The translations under genes were made by a program, and so were the position numbers. A stretch of DNA of 64,000 nucleotides from Eledone cirrhosa (Eukaryota). The notes beneath the pieces are model-generated. The model saw only the letters and a list, made by a program, of their open reading frames with translations. It was not told the origin of the DNA and did no database searches. Shown in pieces: positions 27,129 to 39,509 of the stretch (within the stretch, counting starts at the first letter, position 1; every line of letters starts with the position of its first letter). The stretch lies in NCBI GenBank assembly GCA_964016885.1, contig OZ024754.1, positions 6,882,001 to 6,946,000 of the forward strand. The letters are read 5' to 3'.

Positions 27129-27730
27129 AAACTTATATTTGTAAATTCTTTCAAATTCTTGATCTCCTCTTCTTCTTCGCCCACTTATTCCTGAGAGGGT
27201 CGTGGGGTCCTCAAGCACTCCTTCAAGTGGGTCCTTGTAAATTCTTTCAAATTCTTGATCTTCTGTTTTTCTTCTTCACCCACTTATTCCTGAGAGGGCT
27301 GTGGGGGCAGAGTCCTAAAACACTCCTTCAAACGGTTCCTTTCAGAAGCAACTGTCTCCAACTGATCTGGCTGGGTCCCCCAAGCGAGACCAGCCAAACT
27401 CGTGGATGTTATCCAACCATCTTGCTCAGGGTCTACCCCTGGGTCTCAAAATTATTTGAAAATTGTAGGCTGTATCATCTTTTCTTAGAAATATGGTAAC
27501 AAAAGGGTTAAATTGGTTTAGCAGATTTTAACTTTAACTTTTATAATCCATGCCAGCATTAGAAGAACGCGTGATGGTGATAGTGATGGTGGTGGTGGTG
27601 GTGGTGGTGGTGGAGGTGGTAGTAGTTCTATATCTTACACATGACAACCTGCCCCCCCCCCCAAAAAAAAAATAACAACAAAACAAACAAACTAAAAAAT
27701 AAAGGGGAAAAAAAAAGAAAGAAAAGCTCT

Positions 27731-27810
27731 ACATAGAGTGTCCCCCAAAAATGTATACACATTTATTAGAATACTGTTGAAGTGTGTATACATATTTTGG
27801 GACACAGTGT
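27731..27810. mobile_element. Short Tc1/mariner-type MITE
   Basis: Imperfect TIRs GTGTCCCCCAAAAATGTATACACA / TGTGTATACATATTTTGGGACAC in TA context. Confidence 0.55.
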
Positions 27811-28039
27811 ATATATATATATATATATATACATGTGTAAAGACCATTTATCAATTTTCTGTCAACTGATTACTTAAGTATTAATTAAAAAGAAGGATAC
27901 TGTGCTGTTGTCAAGGTAAACGGTAACTTACCTGCAGCTACCTGGATTTATGGCACTCCTCTGCTTCATCTATACACACCTTCACACATAGGTATGTTTA
28001 TGTGTATACGTACATATCTACACATCTATTATCTATGTT

Positions 28040-29090
28040 AGCACATATGTATGTAGTATATATGTATGTAGTATATATGTATGTAGATAGTATCTATGTA
28101 CATAGTATCTATATACATACTATGTATATACATACTATGTACATACATACTACGTATATACATAGTATGTATGTACATAGTATGTATAACAGTATGTATG
28201 TACATAGTATGTATGTACATAGTATGTATGTACATAGTATGTATGTACATAGTATGTATGTACATACTATGTACATACATACTATGTATATACATAGTAT
28301 GTATATACATAGTATGTATATACATAGTATGTATATACATAGTATGTACATACATAGTATATATACATAGTATGTATATACATAGTATGTATGTACATAG
28401 CATGTATATACATACTATGCATATACATAGTATGTATATATATACTATGTATATACATAGTATATATATACATAGTATATATATACATAGTATATATACA
28501 CATAGTATATATATACATAGTATATATACACATAGTATATATACACATAGTATATATACAAAGTATGTATATACATAGTATGTATATACATAGTATATAT
28601 ATACATAGTATATATATTCATAGTATGTATATACATAGTATGTACGTACATAGTATATATATACATAGTATGTATATACATAGTATGTATATACATAGTA
28701 TGTATATACATAGTATGTATATACATAGTATGTATATACATAGTATATATATATACATAGTATGTATATATATATATACTATATATATACATAGTATATA
28801 TATATACATAGTATGTATATATATATATACTATATATATACATAGTATATATATATACATAGTATGTATATATACATACTATGTATATACATAGTATGTA
28901 TATACATAGTATATATATATATATACATAGTATGTATGTACATAGTATGTATGTACATAGTATGTATGTACATAGTATGTATGTACATAGTATGTATTTA
29001 CATAGTATGTATTTACATAGTATGTATTTACATAGTATGTATGTACATAGTATGTATGTACATAGTATGTATGTACATAGTATGTATGTA
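28040..29090. repeat. 15-bp satellite (CATAGTATGTATRTA)n
   Basis: Read directly; ends ~75 bp before the exon at 29165. Confidence 0.95.
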
Positions 29091-29164
29091 CTATGCCTTG
29101 TTAGTCTGTTGAATGTTAAAATGTCTTCTTTGCCGATGTTCTAGAATTCTCTTCTTCTTGGCAG

Positions 29165-29292
29165 GTTTTGTCAACGATGAGTTAGATTTTGGTGAAAACA
29201 TCAATCTACAACATGAGGTTAACCAGTTACGATCTAGAGTGCAGCATCTGCATTCTGAGTGCAAGCATTGGAAGGGCATCGCATCTCAGAGG
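29165..29292 (+). CDS. TRIP11: TRIP11 coding exon ((G)FVNDELDFGENINLQHEVNQLRSRVQHLHSECKHWKGIASQR)
   Basis: Acceptor cttcttcttggcag|, donor AGG|GTAGGT; 128 nt, phase 1 in, phase 0 out; matches human [40 protein letters not shown] (from memory). Confidence 0.92.
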
Positions 29293-29690
29293 GTAGGTTA
29301 CATTGTCTTTTTCTTCCTTGTATACATGCCCACACGCATGCACACGCGTACACATATGTATGGTTATATATATATATATATATATATATCATCATCATCA
29401 TCATCACCGTTCTTCCACGCTAGCATGGGTTAGACGGGTTGTCCTGTTGTGGGCAGTGTTTGGTCGGCCGACCTTGTCTTGCTCATACGGGAACTGATTC
29501 TGGCTTGATTTCTACAGCTGGATGCCCTTCCTAACACCAACCTCATTTACAGTGAGTGCTGGGTGCTTTTTTGCCGTCGTGCCTACATGTCCACTTTGCA
29601 GTCCTATCATCTCATTTCTACAGCTAAGTAAACTGGAGCAATGTGAAATAAAGTGTCTTGCTCAAGGAAACAACACATCACCAGGTCCGA

Positions 29691-29729
<39 letters not shown>

Positions 29730-30334
29730 AAAAAATAGAGGTGTAACACACGAGTTGTAATATATTAGTAAAAGGAAAAGAAAATCCTGACAAATTTTTC
29801 CCAGTGAAAATTAGTTTAATTAGGAATAAGTATAAATTAGTAATAAGTATTGGTTAGTATTCAGTTTTAGTTTTAAGTTTTTACCAGTTGCGCATTTCTA
29901 ATGCTTTTCAAAAATAATTTTGAGATAGAGCGAGCGCTCGTGATTTTTGCTCTAACCTGATTAGAGCAAACATCACGGGCGCTCTATCGCAAACTGATTT
30001 TGGCTTGATTTCTACAGCTGGATGCCCTTCCTAACACCAACCTCATTTACAGTGAGTGCTGGGTGCTTTTTTACCATGGCACCTATTTGACCACTTTACA
30101 GTGAGTGCTGGGTGCTTTTTGTCGTGACACCTACATGACCACTTTACAGTGTCGGCTGGGTGCTTTTTGTCGTGATACCTACATGACCACTTTACAGTGT
30201 GGACTGAGTGATGAATATATGTATATAGACATAGACACACACACACACACACACACACAGACACATACACACACGCACATATTATAAGACATATATCCCC
30301 CTGGTCAAGCTTTAACCATTTCAGTGGCTATTAA

Positions 30335-32190
30335 CATCTAAAACTACCACTACATCACTACTACCACTACCACCACCACCACTCTAACAACCACCACCAC
30401 CACTACCACTACCACACCACCACCACCACCCTAACCACCACCACCACCACCACCACTACCATAACCACTACCACCACCACCACCACTACCACACCACCAT
30501 CACTACCACTACCACACCACCACCACCACCACTCTAACCACTCTAACCACCACCACCACCACCACTACACCACCACTACCACACCACCACCAGCACCACC
30601 ACCACCACTACAACTACCACCACCACCACACCACCACCACCACTACCACACCACCACCACCACACCACCACCACCACCACCACCACCACCACCACCACTC
30701 AACTCTCTATGTCTGTGAACAAGAAAGCCTGTGTTGTCTTGTTTTTAAAGTCTCATGTCTCTGTTGTTTGCTCTGATCTTAAACATCCTCTCATCTCACC
30801 CTCTCTAATATCTCTCACACTCTCTAATAGCTCTCACTCATTCTCTCTCTCCCTCTCTTTCTCTCTCTCCCTCTCTTTCTCTCTCTCCCTCTCTTTCTCT
30901 CTCTCCCTCTCTTTCTTCTGATCTTCTCATCTAACCCCCTCTAATATCTCTCACTCACTCTAACACCTCTCACCCTCTCTAACACCTCTCACCCTCTCTA
31001 ACACCTCTCACCCTCTCTAACAGCTCTCACTCACTCTAATACCTCTCACTCACTCTAATGCATCTCTCTCTAATAGCACTCACTCACTCTCTTTCTCTCT
31101 GTAATAGCTCTCACTCACTCCCTCTCTCCCTCCTGATCTTCTCATCTAACCCTCTCTAATATCACTCTCTCTCCTCTCCCCCCTCTCTAATGCCCCTCTC
31201 TCCTCTCTTCCACTCTCTTTTCTGATCCAGTCATTCAACCATCTCTAATTCCAACTCTCTCTCTCTCATGCTTACTCTCTCTTTCATGCTTACTCTCTCT
31301 CTCTCTCTGATGCTTACTCTCTCTCTCTCTCTCTCATGCTTACTCTCTCTCTCATGCTTACTCTCTCTCCCATATTTACTCTCTCTCCCATGTTTACTCT
31401 CTCTCTCTCACCCCCCTCTCTTACTCTCTTCCTTCCTCCCCTTCTCTCTCTCTCTCTCTGATCTTAAAGATCCAGTCATGAAGTCCTCTAATAAATACCC
31501 TCCCTCTCCCTCCCCTCCCACCACCATCACTATACCATAAAGCTCTCTATAATGGTTGTTATCTCTCTCTCTCACATCTCTCTCACACTCTTCTCTCTGA
31601 TTCTCTCTCCCTCTCTCTCTATCTCTCTCCCCTTCACCACCACCACCACCACTCTATACCATAAAGCCCTTTATAATGGTTACTAACTCTCCCCTACCCC
31701 CTCTCTCTCTATCTCAGACCACCTCCACCACCACCACCACCACTATATACCATCTCTAATGGTTACAAACTCTCCCCTACCCCCTCTCTCTCTATCTCAG
31801 ACCACCACCACCACCACCACCACTATATACCATGAACCCCTCTATAATGGTTACAAACTCTCCCCTACCCCCCCCCCCCCTCTCTATCTCAGACCACCAC
31901 CACCACCACCACCACTATATACCATGAACCCCTCTATAATGGTTACAAACTCTCCCCTACCCCCCTCTCTCTCTATCTCAGACCACCACCACCACCACCA
32001 CCACCACTATATACCATGAACCCTTCTATAATGGTTACAAACTCTCCCCTACCCCCTCTCTCTCTCTCTCAGACCACCACCACCACCACCACCACCACTA
32101 TATACCATGAACCCCTCTATAATGGTTACTAACTCTACCACCCCCCTCTCTATCTCAGACTACCACCACCACCACCACCACCACTATATA
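30335..32190. repeat. Compound (CAC)n / (CT)n low-complexity block ending in ~90-bp x6 composite repeats (31660-32190)
   Basis: ATGGTTAC(A/T)AACTCT recurs at ~31676, 31759, 31847, 31939, 32031 and 32122. Confidence 0.9.
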
Positions 32191-32548
32191 CTAGTTAGGG
32201 CTGGACACCAATCACCTTCCTTTTTCCTAGGATTCACAACCATAATCACTCTTGCTATTGTTAAATACATACTTCCACCATGTCATACATATATGTGTGT
32301 CTTTGTGTGTTTGTGTAGCCATTAAACGGTGATGATGATGATGATGATGATACTTGAAAGTGGGACTTTCAGGTATCATCATTACTGTTTAACGGCTACA
32401 CAAACACAGACATATACAAACATATATATATATATACACACGTGTGTGTGTGTGTATATATATATGTATATATATACATTATGAAGAGAGAAGAAACATT
32501 TAGATATAATTAGTAATAAAATGTATCATACCTAAACTGTTCCTAAAT

Positions 32549-32636
32549 TCCTCGACTACGTAGTTTCGTGGCATAAACAAAAACAATATATCAAAGATAT
32601 AGGGTCCTTGCGAGGTCTGCCGACTTATCAAGAGGA
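32549..32636 (-). ncRNA. Type I hammerhead ribozyme, U3-A8 core variant
   Basis: Minus strand: stem I TCCTC/GAGGA, core TTGATAA, extended stem II GT(C)GGCA...TGCCAC, GAAA, palindromic stem III ACTACGTAGT, GTC cleavage triplet. Confidence 0.75.
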
Positions 32637-32899
32637 TACCTCATTTTACTAGTCTCAAGAACGCGTCTACACGACGTGAGAAAGAATCCCAAAAGGCGGA
32701 GGGGGAGATAGTCACGCGATATAACGGTCGAGAAACAGAGCTAAGCCTCTTATAACCACGAAGAAAATACCACGGAGGCGGAGGGGGTATTCATATCGAG
32801 GCCGTAGAAGAGGTAGTGAAGAAGGTGAGAAGTATGAGTAATGGAAGCTTTCCAGTTGTCCCCACACTTCAAAGATTGCTCGACCAGAGGGAGTTATTA

Positions 32900-33219
32900 A
32901 TATATTTAGAAACACACAGATACATGCGGACACACACATATATACATGAATGCATCCGCACCCAACTGTGAGTTAAGGGTGCCAACTTCACCGATGTTGC
33001 TCAATGAATGACTGGGACAGACCAATTCAGTTTGAACCAGACTGAACCAGTATCAGAGTTAAAAATACATTATGAAGTCTGGTTCAAACTGAATTGGTCT
33101 GTCCCAGTCATTCATTGAGCAACATCGGTGAAGTTGGCACCCTTAACTCACAGTTGGGTGCGGATGCATTCATGTATATATGTGTGTGTCCGCATGTATC
33201 TGTGTGTTTCTAAATATAT
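32900..33219. repeat. Apparently perfect inverted repeat, 144-bp arms, 32-nt spacer
   Basis: 32900-33043 is the reverse complement of 33076-33219 by direct reading. Confidence 0.92.
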
Positions 33220-33401
33220 GTATATATATATATATTTATATATATTTATATATATAAATTTATATATTTATATATATTTATATATATAAATTTATATATT
33301 TATATATATTTATATATATAAATGTATATATTTATATATATTTATATATATATATATATTTATATATATTTATATATATTTATATATATTTATATATATA
33401 T

Positions 33402-33773
33402 TTGTGTGCAGAGGATATACGCAGACTAGAGAGGAACGAAGCTTGCATGCTCCGCTGGATGTGCAATAGTAATATACGTGAACGGCAAAGCATAAACGAA
33501 CTAAGGAAAAAATTAGAAATAAGAGGATCAGATGTTGTTCTACTCGAGAGAAGGCTACGTTGGTACGGTCACGTGATGCGCATGAAAGACGACAGCTGTA
33601 TAACAAAGGGCAGGGCAATAAAGATAGACGGTAGCCACGGAGTAAGCAGACCCAGAAAAACATGGGACGAGCTGATAAATTCCGACCTCACACGCTTACA
33701 CCTCTCCAAGACAATGTCACTGGACCGAGACCTTTGGCGGTACTCAGTAATAGAGAAGACCCGCCTTACCTAA
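33402..33773 (+). mobile_element. RTE-clade LINE ORF C-terminal fragment (different subfamily)
   Basis: [14 protein letters not shown]...[13 protein letters not shown]...[14 protein letters not shown]...DRDLWR. Confidence 0.88.
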
Positions 33774-34304
33774 ATACAAAGTAAAAACCTACTACAGTCA
33801 GTAGGCATCTCTATCAAAACACCCCCCCGTCCCACCACCTCCACCCCATCCACACCGCCCCTTTCAATGTACAGTTATGTTGGTCCCACAACATCCAGGC
33901 CGAAACAAATGAGATCGTGTAGGTGTCACGACAAAAAACACACAGTCCAACGCTGTAAATGTGGCCGTGTAGGCAACACGGTAAAAACCTCCAGCCCCAC
34001 ACTGTAAATGTGGTTGGTGTTAGGAAGGGCATCCAGCTGTAGAAAACCCGCCAGACAGTCCACGCTGTAATGTGGCCGTGTAGGCAACACGGTAAAAACC
34101 TCCCAGCCCCACACTGTAAATGTGGTTGGTGTTAGGAAGGGCATCCAACTGTAGAAAACCCGCCAGACAGTCCTATGCGAGCAAGACAACCACTCTTGCC
34201 TCAAGTGGGAAAACCCCCGTCCAAACCCATGCAAGCGTGGAACACGGACGCTAAACCTGATGATGATGATGATGATGATGATGATATTTATATATATTTA
34301 TATA

Positions 34305-34348
<44 letters not shown>

Positions 34349-34730
34349 ATATATACCGTCTAAAGCCAGTCTAAAGCCATGCTAGTGTGGAAGATAGACG
34401 TTAAACGATGATGATGATGATGATATATATGTTTGTGTGTATAGATAGATAGATAAATTGATTTATGTACAGTAGTGTATGTTGATTTTGTATCATGTTT
34501 TTATTCAGATAATTTAGGACACACTCAAACACACACACACACAGAGATGACAGCTATTGTCGTGTATATATATATATATACATACCCCCCCCCCCCCCAT
34601 ATATATATAAATTTAAAGGCATAGTATTGGGGAAAATGACTAGGCAAGAAGTAAAGGTTAGAGAGGGAATATTTATTTAGAGTCTGTTCTTTAACATGTG
34701 ATTCAATCCAATATCAATATTTAATGTGGA

Positions 34731-34804
34731 AATATAGAAATGGCATTCCTGATGATTTCATACGAATGAAACTGTTCTAGTCTTGTAGAAGCCATTTCTA
34801 TATT
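34731..34804 (+). ncRNA. Degenerate hammerhead-like motif inside a 14-bp stem
   Basis: AATATAGAAATGGC...CTGATGA-TTCatacGAA-GAAA-CT..AG-TC...GCCATTTCTATATT; proximal stem I is poorly paired. The 3' half recurs at ~59401-59432. Confidence 0.45.
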
Positions 34805-34825
34805 AAATATTGCTATACATATACA

Positions 34826-34859
<34 letters not shown>

Positions 34860-34956
34860 ATATATGTAGGAGGTGAGTTTTATTGTAGTACAATAAAGCA
34901 ATGCAGATATCGGATAAGTAGCACTCTACAGTTTGTAGGACTGGAGTATAAATAAT

Positions 34957-35276
34957 ATATAAGATCAAAAGATGGTTAAAAGAGTTCCATGTATTTTATT
35001 ATGCGCATTTCAAAAACAAATATCATCATGCGATGACATTTGCGTTTTCGTCAAATAAAATAGGGAGACATGATATGAAGGTTAAGAAACACTTGTGAAT
35101 AGTGCAGTTTTATGTTGATTTAAAACTGCACTATTCACAAGTGTTTTTTAACCTTCATATCATGTCTCCCTATTTTATCTGACGAAAACGCAAATGTCAT
35201 CGCATGATGATATTTGTTTTTGAAATGCGCATAATAAAATACATGGAACTCTTTTAACCATCTTTTGATCTTATAT
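34957..35276. repeat. Near-perfect inverted repeat, ~156-bp arms, 8-nt loop
   Basis: Centre GCAGTTTTA-tgttgatt-TAAAACTGC; only two mismatches seen between the arms. Confidence 0.93.
35171..35241 (+). ncRNA. Type I hammerhead ribozyme (intact core)
   Basis: Stem I TATTTTAT/ATAAAATA, CTGACGA, ~12-bp stem II closed by GCAT, GAAA, palindromic stem III ATGCGCAT, ATA triplet (cut after 35233). Confidence 0.8.
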
Positions 35277-35591
35277 TATATATTTATATATATATATCAT
35301 CATCATCATCATCGTTTACTGTCTATCTTCCACACTAGCATGGTTTAGACGGGAGTTGTCCCACTTGAGGCAAGATTGGTCGGTGACCGTGTCTCGCTCG
35401 TATAGGACTATCTGGCAGGTTTTTCTATGGCTGGATGCCCTCCCTAACACCAACCACATTTACAGTGTGGACCAACACATTTACATATCTATATTATATA
35501 TACATATATACATATACATATAATTATGGGATAAAGCTTATCGAATAGAGTGGACACAGCTTCAATCATTTCCTCACTCGTATATGTGTAC

Positions 35592-35666
<75 letters not shown>

Positions 35667-35728
35667 TGGGATAAAGCTTATCGAATAGAGTGGACACAGC
35701 TTCAATCATTTCCTCACTCGTATATGTG

Positions 35729-35783
<55 letters not shown>

Positions 35784-36090
35784 TCAACATCATCATTTTA
35801 CGTCCGCTTTTCCCTGCTTGCAAGGGTGGGACGGCAGATTTCTTCCAGAGAAAGTGAGAGAGAGAGAGGAAATGAGAAAGAGATATAGAGGAAGAATCAA
35901 CCCCAGTACTAGACTGGTACTTCTTTTATAGACCTCAAAAGGATGAAAGGCAAATTTGACCTCAGTGGGATTTGAACTCAGAGAGCTGGAATGAACACCA
36001 CAAGGTATTCTATCTGACGTTCTAACGACTCTGTCAATTCACCGCCAATGCCTCTACCTGTATATATTGGAGAAATTACTTTTTATTCTC

Positions 36091-36093
<3 letters not shown>

Positions 36094-36126
<33 letters not shown>

Positions 36127-36478
36127 CTCTCTCTTTCTCTCTATCTCTTTCTCTCTCTTTCTCTCTATCTCTTTCTCTCTCTCTCTTTCTCTTTTTATTT
36201 CTCTCTCTTTCTCTCACCCTCTCCTCTCTCTCTATCTCTTTCTCTTTCTTTCACCCTCTCCTCTCTCTCTATCTCTCTCTTTCTCTTTTTCTTTCTCTCT
36301 CTTTCTCTTTTTCTTTCTCTCTTTCTCTTTTTCTTTCTCTCGCTTTCTCTCTTCTCTCTCTCTCTTTCTTTCTCTCTCTCTCTTTCTCTCTCTTTCTTTC
36401 TCTCTCTCTCTTTCTCTCTCTCTCTTTCTTTCTCTCTTTCTCTCTCTCTCTTTCTCTCTCTCTCTTTCTCTCTCTCTT
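36094..36478. repeat. (CT)n/(CTTT)n polypyrimidine tract
   Basis: Read directly. Confidence 0.95.
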
Positions 36479-37257
36479 TATCTGTGTAAACGGTGCTACT
36501 TCCTTGCTTTATATGTTCTGCTCTTCACAAGTAATATCAACATCAACATCATCATCAACATCAACAACATGCTGCAGTTGTTGCAGGTTGCTGAGAAACG
36601 GAAGAATTTCCCTGTCCTTTGTACATTACAGCACTTTATCATATACATACAGACACACACACATCTGTGTATGTGTGTGTACATACACATACACACATCT
36701 GTGTATGTGTGTGTACATACACATACACATATCTGTATATGTGTATGTACATATGTTTGGACATGTATAGTTTTGACATCGTGTATCTAGGACTTACTTA
36801 TCCAATGTGTGTGTGTATATATGTGTGTGTATGTATGTATGTATGTGTATGTATATGTGTGTATGTATGTGTATGTATGTGTGTGTATGTATGTATGTAT
36901 GTATATGTGTGTATGTATGTGTATGTATGTGTGTATGTATGTATGTATGTATGTGTGTATGTGATGTGTGTGTGTATTTAATAAAGTAAGATATGATTTG
37001 AGCCAGATTTGACTCTTATTTCTAAGGAATCAAGAGACTAAGTAGTGTTTTTTAAGGGATCAAGTTGTTGTTTAACCCTTTGGCACATGTAGCGACACAT
37101 TCTCCAGTGGCAACCTGGTGCAGTCTGTGACTCACTCAGGCTCTGCTGCACTTCGGGCCAAGCAGGGTAAACTTTCCAAATATAGGTTGGTTTGTAGTAG
37201 AGTCCATAGCAGTGGACACTTTCCTTAACCCTAGCCTGTCAAGTTTGTATTATACAC

Positions 37258-37305
<48 letters not shown>

Positions 37306-37390
37306 GTGTAATATCTGTGTATTATTGACAAAGGTGAGAAGAAATATTCAAAAATCAATTTTTGAGTCAATATGTTATAATTCTTTTGTT

Positions 37391-37513
37391 TGGCTCTGAT
37401 GAGACTACTAAATCACGCATTTATTTTTACTGTACTGATATCGATTTTTGATTGGTATTCATTTCCTTTATGTACATATTCAATATTTAGTGTTTGAAAC
37501 AAATTGTCAGCCA
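37391..37513 (+). ncRNA. Type I hammerhead ribozyme with a long stem II insertion
   Basis: Stem I TGGCT/AGCCA, CTGATGA, stem II base ACTAAAT/ATTTAGT enclosing ~70 nt, GAAA, stem III ACA-aat-TGT, GTC triplet (cut after 37508). Confidence 0.7.
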
Positions 37514-37883
37514 TTAAAAATATATATATTCCTAAACCATTGTTATTCTCTCCAGCATTTTATATATGATGATCATCATCATTTTACGTCTGCTTTTCCC
37601 TGCTTGCAAGGCTGGTACGGGTCCTATTCAGCACAGCCTCTCTCCATTCCTCATGGTCCTTTGTCATCTCCTCCGTGAGCTTCAGCAATCTGAGATCAGC
37701 TCTCACCACCTCTGCCCATGTATTTTGTGGTCTTCCTCAACTATATCTTCCTTCTACTGGGATTTCTTGGCACTTCTTTACCCAGCAGTCATCCTCCATG
37801 CGCTTCACATGTCCATACCAACGCAGTCGTCTCTCCTGCACACTACAACTTATCGCTCTTATACATAGTTTCTCTCTCAATAT

Positions 37884-38303
37884 ATGAGGGCAATCCCAAA
37901 AGTAAGGTCTCCTTCCGATATTGCAACTTCCAATATTGCAACTTTTCCGTTAAAATCCTGTGCATGGTGCTTCGGGAAACCTCAGGAACCAAAATGCAGA
38001 GAGTATCCAGAGTGTTCCGCCGATCTTTACGCATGTTTTCCTCGGAAGGAGACCTTACTTTTGGGATTGCCCTCGTATATTGAGAGAGAAACTATAACTG
38101 CGCGAAATTCGCACTTGGCGGTAGCATTCAACGAGAGCTCCGTTCTCAACGGCTGCCAAGCCAAGATTGGGCATCCCAGCGAAGCGCGCGTATGCTTGTT
38201 TGGGAGTGAAGGAAGCACCAATCACAAGTGTTGCCAACAGCCATACAAACAGTTTCTCTGCGTCCTCATCGCTTTGGAGACCTTACTTTTGGGATTACCC
38301 TCG
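37884..38303 (-). mobile_element. Rearranged mariner-like transposon remnant with three TIR copies
   Basis: TIR GAGGG(C/T)AATCCCAAAAGTAAGGTCTCC at ~37885 (+), ~38048-38075 (-) and ~38276-38303 (-). Minus-strand peptides ELSLNATAKCEFRAVI (N-terminus) and RKDRRNTLDTLCILVPEVSRSTMHRILTEKLQY (HTH region). Confidence 0.8.
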
Positions 38304-38656
38304 TATATATATATATATATCATCATCATCATCAGGTTTAGCGTCCGTGTTCCACACTTGCATGGGTTTGGACGGGGGTTTTCCCACTTGAGGCAAGAGT
38401 GGTTGTCTTGCTCGCATAGGACTGTCTGGCGGGTTTTCTACAGCTGGATGCCCTTCCTAACACCAACCACATTTACAGTGTGGGGCTGGGAGGTTTTTAC
38501 CGTGTTGCCTACACGGCCACATTACAGCGTGGACTGTGTGTTTTTTTTGTCGTGACACCTACACGATCTCATTTGTTTCGGCCTGGATGTTGTGGGACCA
38601 ACATAACTTTACATTGAAATGGGCGGTGTGGATGGGGTGGAGGTGGTGGGACGGGG

Positions 38657-38711
<55 letters not shown>

Positions 38712-38830
38712 TATACACACCCGTCTAAACCCATGCTAGCGTGGAAGATAGATGTTAAACGATGATGATGAGGACACATTTCTGCCCTACCCGTCTCCCC
38801 AATCTTTCTATATTTAGATTTTTCATTCTA

Positions 38831-38866
38831 TTTTCTGATGAAGGAGTAGCATCCGAAGCGTCAAAA
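38831..38866 (+). ncRNA. Degenerate minimal hammerhead motif (A15.1G)
   Basis: TTTT CTGATGA AGGA-gtagca-TCC GAAG CG TC AAAA, inside a ~190-bp element (38775-38960) homologous to 8641-8805 and ending in (TA)n. Confidence 0.55.
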
Positions 38867-38981
38867 CTCTTTTCCTACTATTTCAAACATAAAACTAATC
38901 GTATATTTCTCTGTTGTACTGTATCATTTGGTTTGTTATTTTTTCTGTTTGCCTCTTGCATATATATATATATATATATAT

Positions 38982-39137
38982 ATATTTATTAAAATAACAG
39001 ATTAAAATTTAAGCAAAAAATCGCCGCTTTCACCCTTAACGGGATCTTCTGAAGATCTGAAGAGTTTCAGAAGATCCCGTTAAGGGTGAAAGCAGCGATT
39101 ATTTGCTTACACTTAAATCTGTTATTTTAATAAATAT
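38982..39137. repeat. Inverted repeat (~70-bp arms) of a dispersed element terminus
   Basis: TTTCACCCTTAACGGGATCTTCTGAA / TTCAGAAGATCCCGTTAAGGGTGAAA. The same terminus occurs at ~7505, 8463-8530 and on both arms of 45037-45536. Confidence 0.88.
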
Positions 39138-39166
39138 TTGCTCTATGGTTCTTATATATTTTATAT

Positions 39167-39509
39167 ATCATCATCATCATCATCATTTTACGTCCGCTTT
39201 TCCCTGCTTGCAAGGGTGGGACGGGAACTGATTCTGGCTTGATTTCTCCAGTTGGAAGCCCTTCCTAACACCAACCTCATTTACAGTGAGTGCTGGGTGC
39301 TTTTTTGCCGTGGCACCTCCACGACCACTTTGCAGTGGAATGATATGGACCCCAGTCCCTATCATCTCATTTCTGCAGCTGAGTAAACTGGAGCAATGTG
39401 AAATAAAGTGTCTTGCTCAAGGAAACAACATATCACCTGGTCTGAGAATTGAACTCACAACCTTTCGATTGCAAGGCCAATGCTCTAACCACTAAGCCAT
39501 GTGCCTCCA
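39167..39509 (-). mobile_element. SINE family B, near full length, with the RTE tail of the 26820-27128 family
   Basis: tRNA-like head at 39509-39435; tail CCCGTCCCACCCTTGCAAGCAGGGAAAAGCGGACGTAAAATGATG. Confidence 0.88.

Noticed and set aside
35521-35720. Duplicated ~60-bp segment separated by (TA)n with vague hammerhead-like spacing on the minus strand
   Set aside because: The core reads GTGAGGA/GAAG without a valid architecture; treated as a local duplication of an element end.
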